DNA from: Octopus sinensis
Lineage: Eukaryota
Direction of reading: 5' to 3'
DNA: 64,000 nucleotides
Assembly (NCBI RefSeq): GCF_006345805.1
Contig: NC_043006.1
Location: forward strand, 91,760,001 to 91,824,000
The translations under genes were made by a program, and so were the position numbers. Position 1 is the first letter of the stretch. Every line of letters begins with the position of its first letter. Shown in pieces: positions 39,491 through 53,900 of this stretch. The notes beneath the pieces are model-generated. The model ran no database searches, was not told the DNA's origin, and saw nothing but the letters and a program-made list of their open reading frames with translations.

Positions 39491-42400
39491 CACATGCAGA
39501 TGTGTGCGTGTAAATACTCGTGAAAACAATATTTAATAGATTTGTCGAGTATATAAGAAGCTTTGAGTTACCAAATTTGAGTCCCCGCCAAATACGTGTT
39601 ATATATCTGAATGCATGTAACCTAATGGGTATAAATACATTGTAAAATGGCTGACTTTAATATGAAATCGTTGTGTTTTCAGATCATAATTTCCATTAAT
39701 GGATATTTTATCGACAGTTCGTTGCGTATGTCTTACAACAACCACAAGTTCAGTCTATTTCCTGTTGGAAATTTATTGCGTTTGGTCATGGAATTCGAGG
39801 TTTGGCGAGCTAAAGTTTGTGGAAATTAAATTTCGTTACTCATTTTCTAGCTGGAAGGATTTTATTTATTCCCATCATCTGAATAATTACGGAGATAATA
39901 CCAAGTTAGGCCAAGTGTAAGTTAAGCAATTTGTATTTAGATAGCATGGATATTCAATTCTTTTACAAAGTAACTTGGATAGAAATATATCGACATTTGT
40001 AATATAGACATAGGCGAATGAATTCTCTCAGATTTCTATAAGAAGTAATTTTACCATAAAACTGCATCAAAATAGATCAAAGGTTTAGATCAGAGATGAT
40101 AGGCCTAAGACCTTTTGCGAGAAAACGATGAAAAAATATATCCAGTCATTTCATGTTCGATAAATTTTACTCGTGGCTGTTTTATCTTTCTTTATCATCA
40201 AATGATACTGGAAAGAAGTAATCGAAACCGAAAATTAATAAACACTTCAGATATGTAAAGCCTCCCAAAATGACACAGTATTCATCGATAAATCATATGC
40301 AAGACTTTTTTTTAAAAAACTAAATTATTTGATTTGCTAAATTTTTTAATACGAATATTGCCCACCGAATCCCTTATGATAGTGAAGCAGCTCAATGGAA
40401 TGCAAAAGAGTGTCTACTGATTGATAGGGTACAGAAATTTCAGGCAACACTGTATCCATATTATGAATGTTATGCTTGCAGCCCTTCGCGCAAGTATATT
40501 TCACTTTCTCACTAAATGGATGGCAGAAACGTTAGAGCCTCGGATACAGTATTTCACTGTATTTGTTACACCTCTCTACATTTTGAGTTCGAATCACACT
40601 GCGGTCACATTTGCCCTTTATCCCATCAGGGTCGATAAACAAAATCCAATCTAGAATTGTGGGTTGGGGAAACAGTAAGAACGCCGGTGTTTGTCTTGTT
40701 CATTGCTGTCTGAGGCCAAATCTTGCCAGTGCCTACTAGGATGGTGGACTTAGATGACACATTATTTATCCCCATCATCCGACACACCAGGTATCTTTAT
40801 CTGAGTTCAATCTATGATCATTCTGTCGAATATTGTGGTTTGAGGATGATTTGCTCCTGACCTCCCACCTGTCTCGAAGGTACTGCTAAGGATTATGAGC
40901 AGTAACTTCTTTCCTCACTATGAGATTAAAGCAAATATTGGATAGCAGTTCACAGATTTATCTGTGAACACAGAGAATTACAGACGAGTGTTTATTTAGC
41001 TTCTGGTAATGAGTTAAAAATTGTAATATTTAGCGAAGAAAACCTTCGCACTTAAAGATGTACAGCAACTTTAATATTGTGAATTCTTTAGGTTTTGAAT
41101 TAATTTTACCACTAGACATCTTGCATGTTAAATTAAATAATACCATTCATAGTACGTCCTGTCCAGAGAAATCAGCTTTACGCACCAAAAATTGGAGTCC
41201 CTCATTACTGTTAAGGTGCAATCAATTTTTAATTAATGCATAGTTGCGAGTTGTCAGCTTTGCATTTCTTTACCAGGATGAATAACTCAATGTAATAAAG
41301 GTGTTTTTCTCCACACAACATGTGTAATTTGAAATATGTGAACATTATGTTTGGCTCAATAGACTAAGTCTATTAGCAACTATTTAACTATGGAGTATAA
41401 CTGGGTGGCTAAGCAGTATTCTTTGCAACCACATGGCTCTGAGTTCGATCCCACAGCGTAGCAACTTGCGGAAGAGCATTTATTATTGCATCACGCGCTA
41501 GTTATGAACAAGTTGTCATAGTGATCAAACAAGTGGACACTTATACATCGAAAACAACGGGTAAGTCCATATAATCGAAAATCGAAAATCAAGTGATAAT
41601 GCAACACTGAAACTTGATTTTAATCAAAAGGTGTCCATATTGAATGCCGCAGAGCAAACAATAAGCCTTTAAATAAAATAAGTTTTCAAATAGAAGGAAA
41701 TCACATTATTCTGTTATTATAAGTCAATATAGAGGAAAATTCCATGCATGAAGTTATTGGTTTCAATTTTCGATGAAATATAACAAATCTTGATAATAAT
41801 GTCGTTCATAAAGCCTTGAATATCAGACATTTTCATCTTGCCCTTAATAGAGATGCGTATGAAGTTATATCATGATTGATGTTTATTTCTCTGACTAACC
41901 CTATGACGTCTGTTATTAATAATACTTGTCGCTTCAAATGCTACACTCTTATGGAAAGGAAACGACAACATTGAAAGCCTGAGCGACTTCTAAGGATTCT
42001 ATACGTTTCACTAAATTTATTAAATGTGAGCAATTATAATATCTGGCGGTTGTTGCAGAATTATTGATGTTTGAATAATTTATATAAATTTTTCTTGTAC
42101 TGGTTTCTGCCTTTGGACGGCGACTGAGCTGGGGGACCGCCTTTAAGAATCATATAAATTCTAGCGTTTACATTCGTCTGCTGCTTATTTTATCGATCTC
42201 TATTTATCGAACCAATGCAGCTTAAGATTTTATAACGGTAAACATAGACGAAGACACGGCTGCAACCATATAGACATACACATCTGTCTGTGTTTCCATT
42301 TTCAAATTCTACTGAGAAAGCGATGGTCAAACGAAACCTTCGACAGAAGTGGTGTCGAACCGGAAAGTAAGATGTTTCTTTCTGAACGTTTTAATCATGC

Positions 42401-43169
42401 AGCCATATATGTACCAATCTGGTAAAAAACTAATTTACTTTAATTCGAATATGCTTGGAGGGAGGAAATGTCATTGGTGGAGTTACGAATGGCGACTAAA
42501 AAACATTTACGAACCTAACTGATAGATTGGTTGACCGAACAATTAATCCATCGATTGGTTAATTTGTTAAATGTTAATGACTTGACCAATAATAATAAAA
42601 AGAAATGAAATAAACCAGTGCGTGTGTTTAATCATAATCTAATGACGTCCCGAGATACAAGCATATCGCTCGTCCCTTATATAAACTGAGGCAGCCTGAT
42701 AGTTTTAAATAATCATATTGATACTGTTGGCAGTCCAGCACTATTATTTATACGATTCACAGGTTAATGTATATCAGAATAAGGATAAATTCTTCACTCC
42801 CCAGGTGTTCGTGCGTGCATGCGTGCGTGTTTGTGTGTGTGCGCGTGCGTGCGAATGCTTCCAGCCGCAGGTCGTTGATCATCATCCACCGGTACTTATC
42901 GTAATATCAGTCGGTTCTTCAAAGGAATCACGATCAGCCATCCGGCACTTCTCAAATCTGCTCCTTCCTTTCCTTGTGTTTCTTTTAAAGACTGCAAAAG
43001 AATATCAGAAGTTCGGCGGCGGCATTGTTCATGCTGCTTCTGCTAGTATTGCCGACGGTGACTGCAACTTCTGCATGGAATATGATGGTGGAACGGGATA
43101 GGTGTTGAAACAAATACTGACGCTGGTAGCGTAAATGCCATTCTACGTCAATATGTTGCTGATACTCGC

Positions 43170-43498
43170 AGTGGCTCTTCGTCGGTTACGCCGACAAGGG
43201 TTCCAGTCGATCCGATCAATGGAACCGTGTGCTCGTGGAATTCACGTGTAAGTGGCTGAGCACTCTTCAGACACACGTACCCTTAACGTATTTCTGGGCA
43301 GAGTGGGATCACCATGACACAGAATGTGACAAGGCTGGAGCTTTCAATTACAGGTAAAGCTGCTTTTTGTCAGCGGAATGGACTGAAACAACTTGAAATA
43401 AAGTGTCTTGCTCAAGAACACAACGCACTGTGAGGTATCAAGCTCATGATCTTACGATCGTCAGCGGAATACGTGAATCACTAAGCCACGTACCTTCA
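43170..43498 (-). mobile_element. tRNA-derived SINE (family 4)
   Basis: Body gatccgatcaatggaac...gtggctgagcactc...aaataaagtgtcttgctcaag, with a tRNA-like head at the right end. Confidence 0.7.
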
Positions 43499-43514
43499 TA
43501 GTCACTACACTTAC

Positions 43515-43992
43515 TTTGTCTTGGTATAAAAGATGGGCTACAGCAAATATTCTGCTCAATAACACAGATTTGCTTGTCAGTTGTTTGACCATAACCATTT
43601 GATCTTGTCCCTTAGTGGCTGACGATATGTGCATCTCTAATCACGAGCAGAAGTAGTGGGGGAGCATCATAGCCATGTGTTGAGAGGGATTCTTTGGATT
43701 TGAATAATTCACCTCTGCAAAACATGGGTGTTTTCTTCAACATCCTTAAATAATCCTTATTTAGAGACCTTTTGAGTGAAATGGGCTACTCGGCGTAACG
43801 AAAATTCGAACTGGGCCCTACCTGCGAGGTCATGTGCTGTTTATCATGATATGAAATCACCATGTTGCGCACATTTGGTTGTGATGCATGGGCCTGGTGT
43901 ACCCTAATCAGACGAGTAGTCATGATGAGTATACTGGGTCTCGTATATTTTATCCCAGTCTCACTTTGATGTTATGTACTGCTCTTTCACTC

Positions 43993-44073
<81 letters not shown>

Positions 44074-44235
44074 GCCCTGATGCAGTACCAGGCAGTGGCT
44101 CTCATGGCTTCTGATCTTAACTGATTGGAAGTGTTATCATGTACGGGTTATCAGACGGGTAGTCATGATGGGTATATTGGGCTTCGTATATTTTACCCCA
44201 GTGTCACTTTGATGGCATGCACTGCTCTCTCACTC

Positions 44236-44238
<3 letters not shown>
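43515..44238 (+). mobile_element. Head-to-tail pair of the (AAT)n-embedded element: 5'-truncated copy (43515-43995) and internally deleted copy (44071-44238)
   Basis: Both align to the reverse complement of 18601-19156. Each ends in CACTCAAT followed by (AAT)n. Confidence 0.8.
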
Positions 44239-44285
<47 letters not shown>

Positions 44286-44334
44286 TGATGGGGTTAATGA
44301 TAATTATAATAATAATAATGCTGATAATGATAAT

Positions 44335-44392
<58 letters not shown>

Positions 44393-44811
44393 GCCAAATT
44401 CTACGCAACTGTCACTTATTAATCACAGAAGACAATGTGGCACATATGACGTTCCAGGTTGTTCCATAGGTGAAGTTTCCCAAAAATTACTGAAAGCAAG
44501 ATGACGATAAAAGTAAATGAAATTAACGTTTTGATTATGGTTGTGGAAGAATTTGGCAACGAAATAAAAGTATGTTGTAGTATGTCATATCTCTAGTAAA
44601 CTGGAGATATGAAATAAAAGAAGAAACACAACACAACAGTTCTGTTGTGTAAGTATAGCCTTTCGGCGAAACGGAAAAGCAGGTGAGAATTATAAAACTT
44701 ATCTCAAAGAATATAAAGAAATGTTGATTGAATTATCGAAAGTAAAAAAAATACTATTAGAAAAGAAATCTTTGAAATATGATATACATATATATATATA
44801 CATATATATAT

Positions 44812-44862
<51 letters not shown>

Positions 44863-44878
44863 ATATATATTCATATAT

Positions 44879-44956
<78 letters not shown>

Positions 44957-45659
44957 TATATGTGTATATATGATGCGAGAAAAGAATGTTTATCGGAAAA
45001 CGATATCAGCTAAACTAGTAAACTAGTAAACTAGAAAAATGTAACTAAAAGAAAGAAAAGAAAAAAAACCCCAGCAAAGTAGCCGTGTGAAGCTGAAGTT
45101 TTGATATAACGTCAAGTAAATTAAGTATGAGATGAACAAAAGTTTTTGAGATAGATGCGTAATTCGTCACTGGGTTATATCTTTCACCTCAGCATATCTA
45201 ACTAATATGGTAAAAACGAAAGAAAATAATTTCCCCAAGATTTAAACGCAGAAACACATTCACTTTCAGAAGTTGAAACACTTGTAAAAGTACAAACTAG
45301 CGAAAATCTTCTATACTTACCATTTGTGTATTATGCATATTTGTCGATCTGAAACCCGAAGGTAATTCACTATAAAGCCTCTCAGTTTCATTAAGACATC
45401 GAATTTTCAATAATCTGTACATAAAATTTTACGCTTTTCTTTTATTCTCTTACTATTCAAGTTGTTCCAGTGCGGCCATGCTGGGACAACGCACAGAGCT
45501 GTGCAGATACTCAAATCGACTCCGTTTCACAAATCGGGTTATGGTTTTGATGAAAAGCTAAGCTCTACAAACACAAACTAACACAGATTGTCAGTGAGAA
45601 ATATACACACGCGCGCGCACGTATATATGAATGTAATACACGATCACGTGGTCGCATCA

Positions 45660-45840
45660 CGTGATCATGTGTCCAGCCAGACTCTCAGATGTTGTTACAC
45701 ATCAGCGGTCACATGATTTAGCCTTCGGATGGCGCCACCCCGCTGGTTAGGTGAGCAAGTCGACATTCTCCACCGCACTTGCTCAGGAACATTACGCGGG
45801 CCTCGGTCTGGGAACCGAAACGACGATTAAGCGATCGCCA
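45660..45840 (-). mobile_element. Degenerate SINE family 3
   Basis: cagatgttgttacacatc...gccaccccgctgg...ggtctgggaaccgaaac aligns to 58397-58706. Confidence 0.6.
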
Positions 45841-46169
45841 GTGGAACTGCCAATCTCATAAGTCAATCACCTACACATGAATGCATGTATATGGGAGTGT
45901 GCTGGTGTGTATATATATATATGTGTGTGTGAGTGTGTATTTTCGGTAAGTTTCTACACAATTTCCATCGAAGGAATTTCTTCACAGGGCATTGGTCTAC
46001 CGGCGGGGTTATATCAAAGACGCTTGCTAAGGTTCTATGCTATGTCTTTAACTCAAAACCGCGTAGTTATCAAGAGAACTTCTTAATCACATTGGTATTT
46101 CGTTACATGGCATTACAGACCTAAACCCTGTGGCCACTGACTGGAGGAAGTAAAAAAAGAAAACAATTC

Positions 46170-46370
46170 TTTCTAACATTGGCGCAAGACCAGCAATTTT
46201 AGGGGAAGGACTAAGTAAATTACTCCGACCTCAGTACTTGACTGGTACTTTATTTTAGCGACCCTAAGACAATGAAAGGAAAGTTGATAACGGTAGGACT
46301 TGAACTCAAAGCGTGAGGAAGCGGGTGAAATGCTGCTAAGTATCTTGTTCAATGATCTGAAGGTCAGTTC
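46170..46370 (-). mobile_element. Degenerate SINE family 2
   Basis: ttctaacattggcgcaagaccagcaatttt...ggtactttattttagcgaccc. Confidence 0.6.
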
Positions 46371-48361
46371 ACCGCCTTAGAAGTAGATTAAGATTATAAG
46401 CATCAGTGGAATCGATCTAAATCGATTCAAACAGCTGTACCCTTCTTCACCTTTCAGTCCTTGCCTATGTAAGAAATACCGAGTTGACTTCGGTTGTTGA
46501 AAATACCTACCAAACCCTTTCTCTCACCGCTTTTAAATAGAAAGAATGTATTGAAATTGTGGGCCCTCGATGTATTGTTTCTGAATAAAAGACGGGATGG
46601 TTAGAATTAATGTCTTTGATGGTAACTCTGATTTATCAATGCTGACCTCAGGTTTAACAAACACACCATCGCCATCATCATTATCATCATCATCATCATC
46701 ATCATCATCATCGGCAGCAGCAGGACCACCACCACCATCACCACAACCACCGCCGTCGCCGATGCCACCCCCCACCATCATCTTTTTGTCAGCCAAGTAT
46801 GTCGGCTGACATTCTATTTCTTGCTGGAACTCTTCTTAAAACTTTCATTTCAATCTTATCTTACAAACGGGACAGGATCCACTTTCATCCATTGTTACCC
46901 TTTTCTGCATTCAATCAATAAAAGCATCTTCCATTGAAAACTCTTCAATGTTTACCCGACTATTGTGTATTGACATTTAATTCTATCTTCAGTTTACTAT
47001 AATAGATCTTACCGGTTGCTCTCGCTTTTATTTGCATCTACCCATTCATCAAACTCTAAGCGTCTCGGTACATGGAGTGTATTTATTTCTTTGCATCGCA
47101 GAGTAAAAATTACATTACCGCAACTAAAACTTTTCTGTAAGAATATCGTGTTTTTTTTCTTCTTCTGTGCAATGCACAAAATGGCATCTCGTAGTTACTG
47201 AACGTTATTACGAAATTGGACACGCCTAAAATTGTTTAAAAATAGAAATACCATGCGTATAAAAGAGAGTGTAGTCTGATAAGAGAAGAAACTCTTAGAA
47301 AACTTGCAAATGATACAGAAATATATAAATTACAGGCGCTGAATATGCACTTCGTTTTCAGCTGTGCTGTCTTCTATTCTTACAGGACCACACCCGAAGT
47401 TGTTTTTTTTAAATATAAAGATGTGTGTCGTAAGTAGTGTTATAAACACAAGGAGAAATATTAATTTATTACATTTTCATGTTTGTAGTTTATATGATTC
47501 TATATAAATGCAGTTGTTTCACATAGCATTCATATTGCTAAAGAATAACTGGAATAGAAAAAATATTCATACAGAAACAATGGGAAAAAGTCTTTCTTTC
47601 TGCTTGAAAGTATTTCCTTGAAATGTTATTTAATTTCGCTAGCAACGTCGACTATGTATCGTAATGCGTTGATGTTAACTCAGCAGTCGCTTTCTCAGAT
47701 GGCAACATGTTTACCGGAAGCCAAACTGCAACATATAATAAAAGAAACACAATAGAATATACTTCTATTTTGACGTCTATTTTTTGTTTGGATCTATATT
47801 ATTCATTTTTGCGATGAAAAGAAATCAAAGAGAGACAGACAAAACAACAGCTTTCTGTTTTGTATCAACTTCACGTGAAAGAGTTAGCCTTAAACTCTAT
47901 ATGCATTGCTTTTCCATGTTACCGTATGGCTTTTGGATCTAAATAATTATCTGTTGAGCATGCGAGGATTCAAACACTAAACTTCGGAACATCTGTGGTG
48001 TATGTTCCACATTTGGAGTGTTGTATACTTTTCGCAGAATATTAAGCTAAAATAAATATTTTTGCCTGAAATTCTATTTCTTTTATATATAGAGAGAGAG
48101 CTTCTGCAATTTCATTTGTTTGTTTCAGCAATGACATATCGGGGAAAAAAGTTGCAACCAACAAGAAGAGAGAGAGATTAATGAAAGACTCTGTTCAAAT
48201 CATTTATTGAAACTAAAGTGTAATATATTGCAGATGGTGGAGTTTGGCAAATAAATATCAGAGCTAAGTAGATACGTAAGCTTTTCGGAAACGGTTCAAA
48301 TAATTCTGTTACTTCTGCCCCACCCTCCACATGTATGTATATATATGTGTGTGTGTGCAAG

Positions 48362-48481
48362 AGTGATACCGGAATGGACATAGCCAATCTGAAAGAAGCG
48401 GCGCAGGATAGAACTGACTGGAGGACACTGATCCATCGAGTAACCGAGATTCGACTTCGATTGAGCGGATAGATAGATAGT
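48362..48481 (+). pseudogene. Extreme 3' end of an RTE/BovB-like LINE with a (GATA)n tail
   Basis: [36 protein letters not shown] resembles the RTE C-terminal DR..WR...H.V...R.RL pattern. A short tandem-repeat tail follows the stop codon directly. Confidence 0.75.
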
Positions 48482-48526
48482 GCATGCGTGTGTGCGAGTA
48501 TATATTCATGTTTATACACACACACA

Positions 48527-48596
<70 letters not shown>

Positions 48597-48685
48597 TATA
48601 TACATATACATATGTATATATATATATATATATACATATATATATGTATAAATATATGCATAAATATATATATATAGGGGGAGGG

Positions 48686-48716
<31 letters not shown>

Positions 48717-49090
48717 ATACATGCATACATTCATATATCAAAAACATATTTAGTAAGGAAAAGTCCATTGTTTTGTCAAAATATTATTTGATTCTAAGGT
48801 CAATTAGAACAGTCTCTGAAAATTGAATTTTGAGAGCCATCGAAGGCCATGAACGAATGAACGAGCCTTCAAAATCTGATGAAAGAGTTTTGATTGAAGG
48901 TGGTCAACAGGTGCGGTTACCAAAACTGCATATTTGACTGTTTTGTAGTTGATTAAATACTAATTATTTTAAAGTAAAAAACATACTAGTTCAGTTTCAT
49001 ATACTTAATTGGATAACAAAAAAATGAACTGAAAACTTGATTTATAAAACTACACTCGTTGCAAGTTGAAAAACATTATTCTGGACAATA

Positions 49091-49289
49091 TACAGGGGTG
49101 TTCAAAAAGTCTCTCCGCAGTAAGTATTTTATTGCAAAATAAATATTTATAAGATGGTATAAGACTACAAAAGAATATATTAGACTTTACAAGTCTTTAA
49201 AATCTTTATAAAAGGTGTTGAAAGTGTCTGATTCTTGGAGAATGAGGATGGAAAAATTCACTGCGGAGAGACTTTTTGAACACCCTGTA
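49091..49289. mobile_element. Tc1/mariner-type MITE (199 bp)
   Basis: TIRs of about 30 bp, tacaggggtgttcaaaaagtctctccgcagt and actgcggagagactttttgaacaccctgta, with TA termini. Confidence 0.85.
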
Positions 49290-49377
49290 GAAAAGAAAAT
49301 AATAATTGACAATTACATATGCAGAACCACCCCGAATATATTTACGCCTGTTTATACGTTAATAACGAGGTGTAATG

Positions 49378-49580
49378 TTAGTTTCAAATTTTAGCACAAA
49401 GCTAGCAATTTTCGGGCTGATGGTAAGTCGATTACATGTGCCCCAAAACTCAACTGGCATTCATTCTATCCCGAAAAGGATGAAGGAACAGTCGACCTCG
49501 ATGCTCGATGGAGGATGAACTTAAAACTGAACTTAAAGACGAACGAAGTACTGCTAACGATTCAACCAGTTCGCCGCCTT
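49378..49580 (-). mobile_element. Degenerate SINE family 2
   Basis: gtttcaaattttagcacaaagctagcaatttt...atcccgaaaaggatgaagg...gtcgacctcg. Confidence 0.6.
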
Positions 49581-49712
49581 CGTGAGGTAAAACATTTCCC
49601 CTGCTTCCTATACCTTTAATGATGAGATTTGAGTGGATAAAATTAGACAAACGTTACAATATATGAGAATGACAGGAGAAAATTACTCATGCATGCCAGC
49701 ACATATAGATCT

Positions 49713-50076
49713 CGGCGCGGTAAGAAGCTTACTTGTCAACCACATGATTCCGGGTTCATTCCCACTGCGCCGCATCTTTAGCAAGTGTCTTCTGCTATGG
49801 CTTCGGCTCACCAAAACTTTGTGAGTGGATTTGGTAGATGGAAACTGAAAGATGCCCGTCGTATACATGTATATATCTGTGTATGTGTGTGCGTTTGTGG
49901 TTGCCCCACTCCACCACTTGGTGATGGTGCGTTTACGTCTCCATAACGTAGAAGTTAGACAATAATGGCCAATAGAATAAGTACCAAAACTTTCGAAAAG
50001 TACTATTGTCGATTCATTCGACTAGAAATTGTTCAAGGTGATTCCTCAGCATGGCCGCATGATTAAGTAGAAGATA
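49713..50076 (+). mobile_element. SINE family 1
   Basis: Aligns to 25731-26128. Confidence 0.75.
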
Positions 50077-50559
50077 GACGATAAGAAGGTGCTAGAATAG
50101 TTATCGTAGTGAGCCCAATTCTTTTACCAATTAATAAGGAGGGGAGATTAATTGCTTTGTGTCCATAACTAATCGATTCCATCGTTCGTGCTAGGTTGGA
50201 CACTCACCACAGAATGAGAAAGGTATGTGAAAGATTCATGATATAAAGGAAGAACCACTCACATTTACGAAAGACCCCATCTCCCCACAAAACGCCAAAA
50301 GTAGAAAAACAAGGAAGAAAAAAGTCCAGATGAAGTCCAAATGAAATGCACTCAAATGCTTTCTTTGCTGTATCTTCCTGTATGTTCTGTTAACCGTGGA
50401 ACTAAATTACGTTGCCAAATTTGGTAGCCTTTTAAAGGCAATTTTCAAAATGGTGGAAAAAGCACGTACAGGAAAAAGCACGAACATTTCGATTTGAAAA
50501 TAATTAAAAACTGAAATATAGTTGCAAACCGGGAGGATAAGCAACATTTGTGGCTTTCC

Positions 50560-50985
50560 GGACCACATGCTTCCGAGTTCAGTCCCACTGCCTGGCACCT
50601 TGGGCAAGTGTCTTTTACTGCAGCCTCGTGCCAACCGAAGCCTTGTGAGTGGATTTGGTAGACGGAGACTGAAAGGAGCCCGTCGTATATATGTATATAT
50701 ATATATATGTATGTGTATGTATGTATGTATGTATGTATGTATGTATGTATGTATGTATGTATGTATGTATGTATGTATGTATGTATGTGTCTGTGTGTTC
50801 TTTATCACTGCTTGACAATCGGTGTTGTTGTGTTTATGTCACCGATAAGAGACTGAGAGAATAAGTACTAGGCTTATGAAAGATATGTACTTGTGTCGAC
50901 TCGTTCGACTAAAATTCTTCGAGGTAGTGCCCCAGCATGGCCGCAGTCAACTGGCCGAAACAAGTAAAAGAATAGAAAGAATACA
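50560..50985 (+). mobile_element. SINE family 1 with an expanded internal (ATGT)n
   Basis: Aligns to 25731-26128. Confidence 0.8.
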
Positions 50986-53900
50986 AAATAGCTGCATTTA
51001 TTCCTTGGTCAAACCAGATCAAATATCAGATATTACTAAGTATATGGAGGGTCAAATGAAAAGATGTGATCCGTTCGACTGACTAGTGTCTTCAACATTT
51101 TGGCAAATGTAGCCAGTGTTCAGAGTGTGCAATTTTTCCTTTGTAAGACAGTTGAAGCAGTGTGAAAAGAAAACAAAATTGAATGGATTTCTCTGTCGTA
51201 GGACGTTGAATCACTACACAGGATCCCTTGTTGCTTCATACGTAAATTAGTTTCGTGAAAAATAACTTACTTTCGCTGCAAGGAAGGGCATAAATTAAAT
51301 TGCTTATTGCCCAGGATGACATAAGTTTAGTTATATATAGGAAGATATTTTCTATTGCAATAAACTAAATAAATATATCAGCAAAGAAAGGCAATAATTT
51401 GCTTTTTATCGTCTGCAGTAAAATTCTTCTTTGGCATTTTCGTAATTAAAAATCCGAAGAATAATGCAATCCAGTTTCATAAACAATAACAAGCTCGAAC
51501 CAGTCATGATAACTGATAAACATTCTATGGAATAATACTGGAAGTCTGAAATCATTATAGAAAGAGTTAATAGCATTTTGGACGAAAAAAGTGTAGAAGC
51601 CAAAGAAAATTGTTTTGAGAAATTACTTTATTAAATCATTGTTAATAGAAAACAGATAAGACAGTACACAACGCTGGAGTATGATAGTAGAGATTAGTGT
51701 AGAAGTGTTTCTAACAATCATCTGGATTGTAAATGGCCAAATTGTACGATTGTTTTACTTCAACTCTAATGTTACAAGGAACAATACCGTCACCAAGCAC
51801 TGCTTGCCAATTCATTATGTTAAGTGGAAGGAAATTTATCAAGCAAGAAGCAAACAATGTACGCGATCGTCTCGATGCATGTTTCTAAAGATTGCGAGGT
51901 TAGAAGTTAATTTATTTTAAAGTGAAGGACAGAGGCAAAGTCTGTAGATGACAGAATGGTTTGTTAGGAATAGCCCAAGCTATCTGGTAAGTAGGTGGGT
52001 ATATTTGATGGAGAGCCTGATGAAGTGGTTGCAGTTGAAACCAATTACTTTAGTAAATTGTATCGGACAGTTCAGCTCAATGTCATTCGATATCAAATGC
52101 TGTTCACATTTCAACTAATTTATATGACATTTCCAGAAGCTTCTGCAGATGCTTGCTATTTTATTTGGCACCAGATAAAACAAACTGATGCAGATGGTTT
52201 GGTTAAAAGAAAGAAAATAATAAACACAAGTACACAACTCCCAAATACCTTCCAAGTATTGCCTTTCTCTTAGAATAATATGCCACAATTTTATTTAGCT
52301 TCAGTTACAAGCTTCGATATCGAAACAGTTTCGTGATCTGGAAATTTAATGAGTCACACATCACGTGATATCAAATTTCTGCCTTGAACAGTAACACATT
52401 GAACTATATCGATCACTGCAACGCATTGATTGGATCTATTGTAATCACGCCAAAGAAGTCGTTGCATTGAAGCTAGAATGCATCCGCGTATTAACTTAAC
52501 AATGATATATGCCTTCTATTTGGAACACACGGGGGTGTGATTTGAGGAGATTTGATTGCTACTTTTAGCAGATTGAACAAAATCTTCATTGGTAGTAACA
52601 TGAGTACCAGTGATCGACTGAAGTGAATGCAACCTATTAAAGCCATGAAGACAACGAGAGAAATCATTATTATTAAGAGTCGTTCATGTGAAATTACTTG
52701 TTGCCAGTTATTCTTATCAAATATGGTACAAACAGCTGTAAGAAAATTATTTTTAATTACTTTTTTTCCGTAATTATATGTGTAATTATATTTATTAGTA
52801 ATGATTATATTTAAATCATTCAGAACTACACCCATTATATTTTAATGGGGATTAATAGTTCTTTTATTTACTAATTTGTTTAATTACTCTATTTTTTTTT
52901 CATAAGTTTTACGTCATTATATATTTTGATAATGGCATTATTTCTGTGAAGTGATATTAAATGTTTTGGATTTGAAAAGAGATTTATATAATAAGGTCAT
53001 ACACGAGTGTTGCAAGGAAATTGTCAGACATTTTTGTAGTTGCAGTAGCAGCAGTAGCAGTAGTTCCGTTGGGATGAAAACTGTTGGCCAATATTAACAG
53101 TTGGAAACATTTTTATGCTACCTTTTTACATACAAATAAATAATATTGTATTTTTAAAAAAAGGTAAAAACAAAGCCAAAAGACATGAGTATAGCGATAA
53201 AAGTATTGGGAAAGGAAGTGAGAGAAACAAAGAGAAAAAAACAGCAAACATTATTGTTTCTTAATGGTTTTCTGATTCACCTTCTGGGAGATTTTTTTTT
53301 GTACAACTTTTGATTCGTGTTTTGTGAGGATTTATATAAAGTCTGTTCTTACTTAATGTCAGTTACGCCAAGTGTTTTCTGCTGTGACTGTGATGCCTTT
53401 TAGGGTTTCTAGTAGAGCGATTTCAGTTTTCTTTACTTGATTGCTCTTTGTAAAACAGGTATCATAAATCGATCCTAAAAAATAAATAACAAGTGCATAC
53501 ATCAATACTTGCATTAAAGACAAGATTTCTTTGTACAGTATATTGTTTCATTTCTTTCGGCTGAGATAGTGAAAACCGAATTCTTACAGAATAAATCCAT
53601 GTAACAGATTTTCTTTCACTTTTACAACTTTTCCAAACAATGTGTTTTCGTAATGTCGCATTTTATTTACTGTTTTTCTTCAATATGGTTCTGTATTTAA
53701 ATCCAAACTATAATGTCACTTTTTTACCTTTCTCTGAGCATCAATAAAATAATGTGCAATACACATGTGAGATAAATTACTATAAAATTGTCCGGGTGTA
53801 TTTTATTTCATACGCAAAAGTATCGACGGAAATCGAGTAATGATAATATTTATCAGATAGCAAACCGGATTGCGGGACTCTGTCCGAAATATTAGAAACA

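Noticed and set aside
46533-46809. Gly/Asp-rich and Ser/Pro-rich ORFs
   Set aside because: Imperfect (CAT)n and (CAC)n microsatellite with no splice or homology support.
52015-52055. CTGATGA...GAAAC on the plus strand (similar isolated cores near 6523, 9165, 48876 and 58145)
   Set aside because: No compatible stems or cleavage triplet; expected by chance in AT-rich DNA.
51700-52273. GEPDEVVAVETNYFSK, faintly like the Merlin/IS1595 VEIDES motif
   Set aside because: The catalytic residues are not conserved and no TIRs were found.
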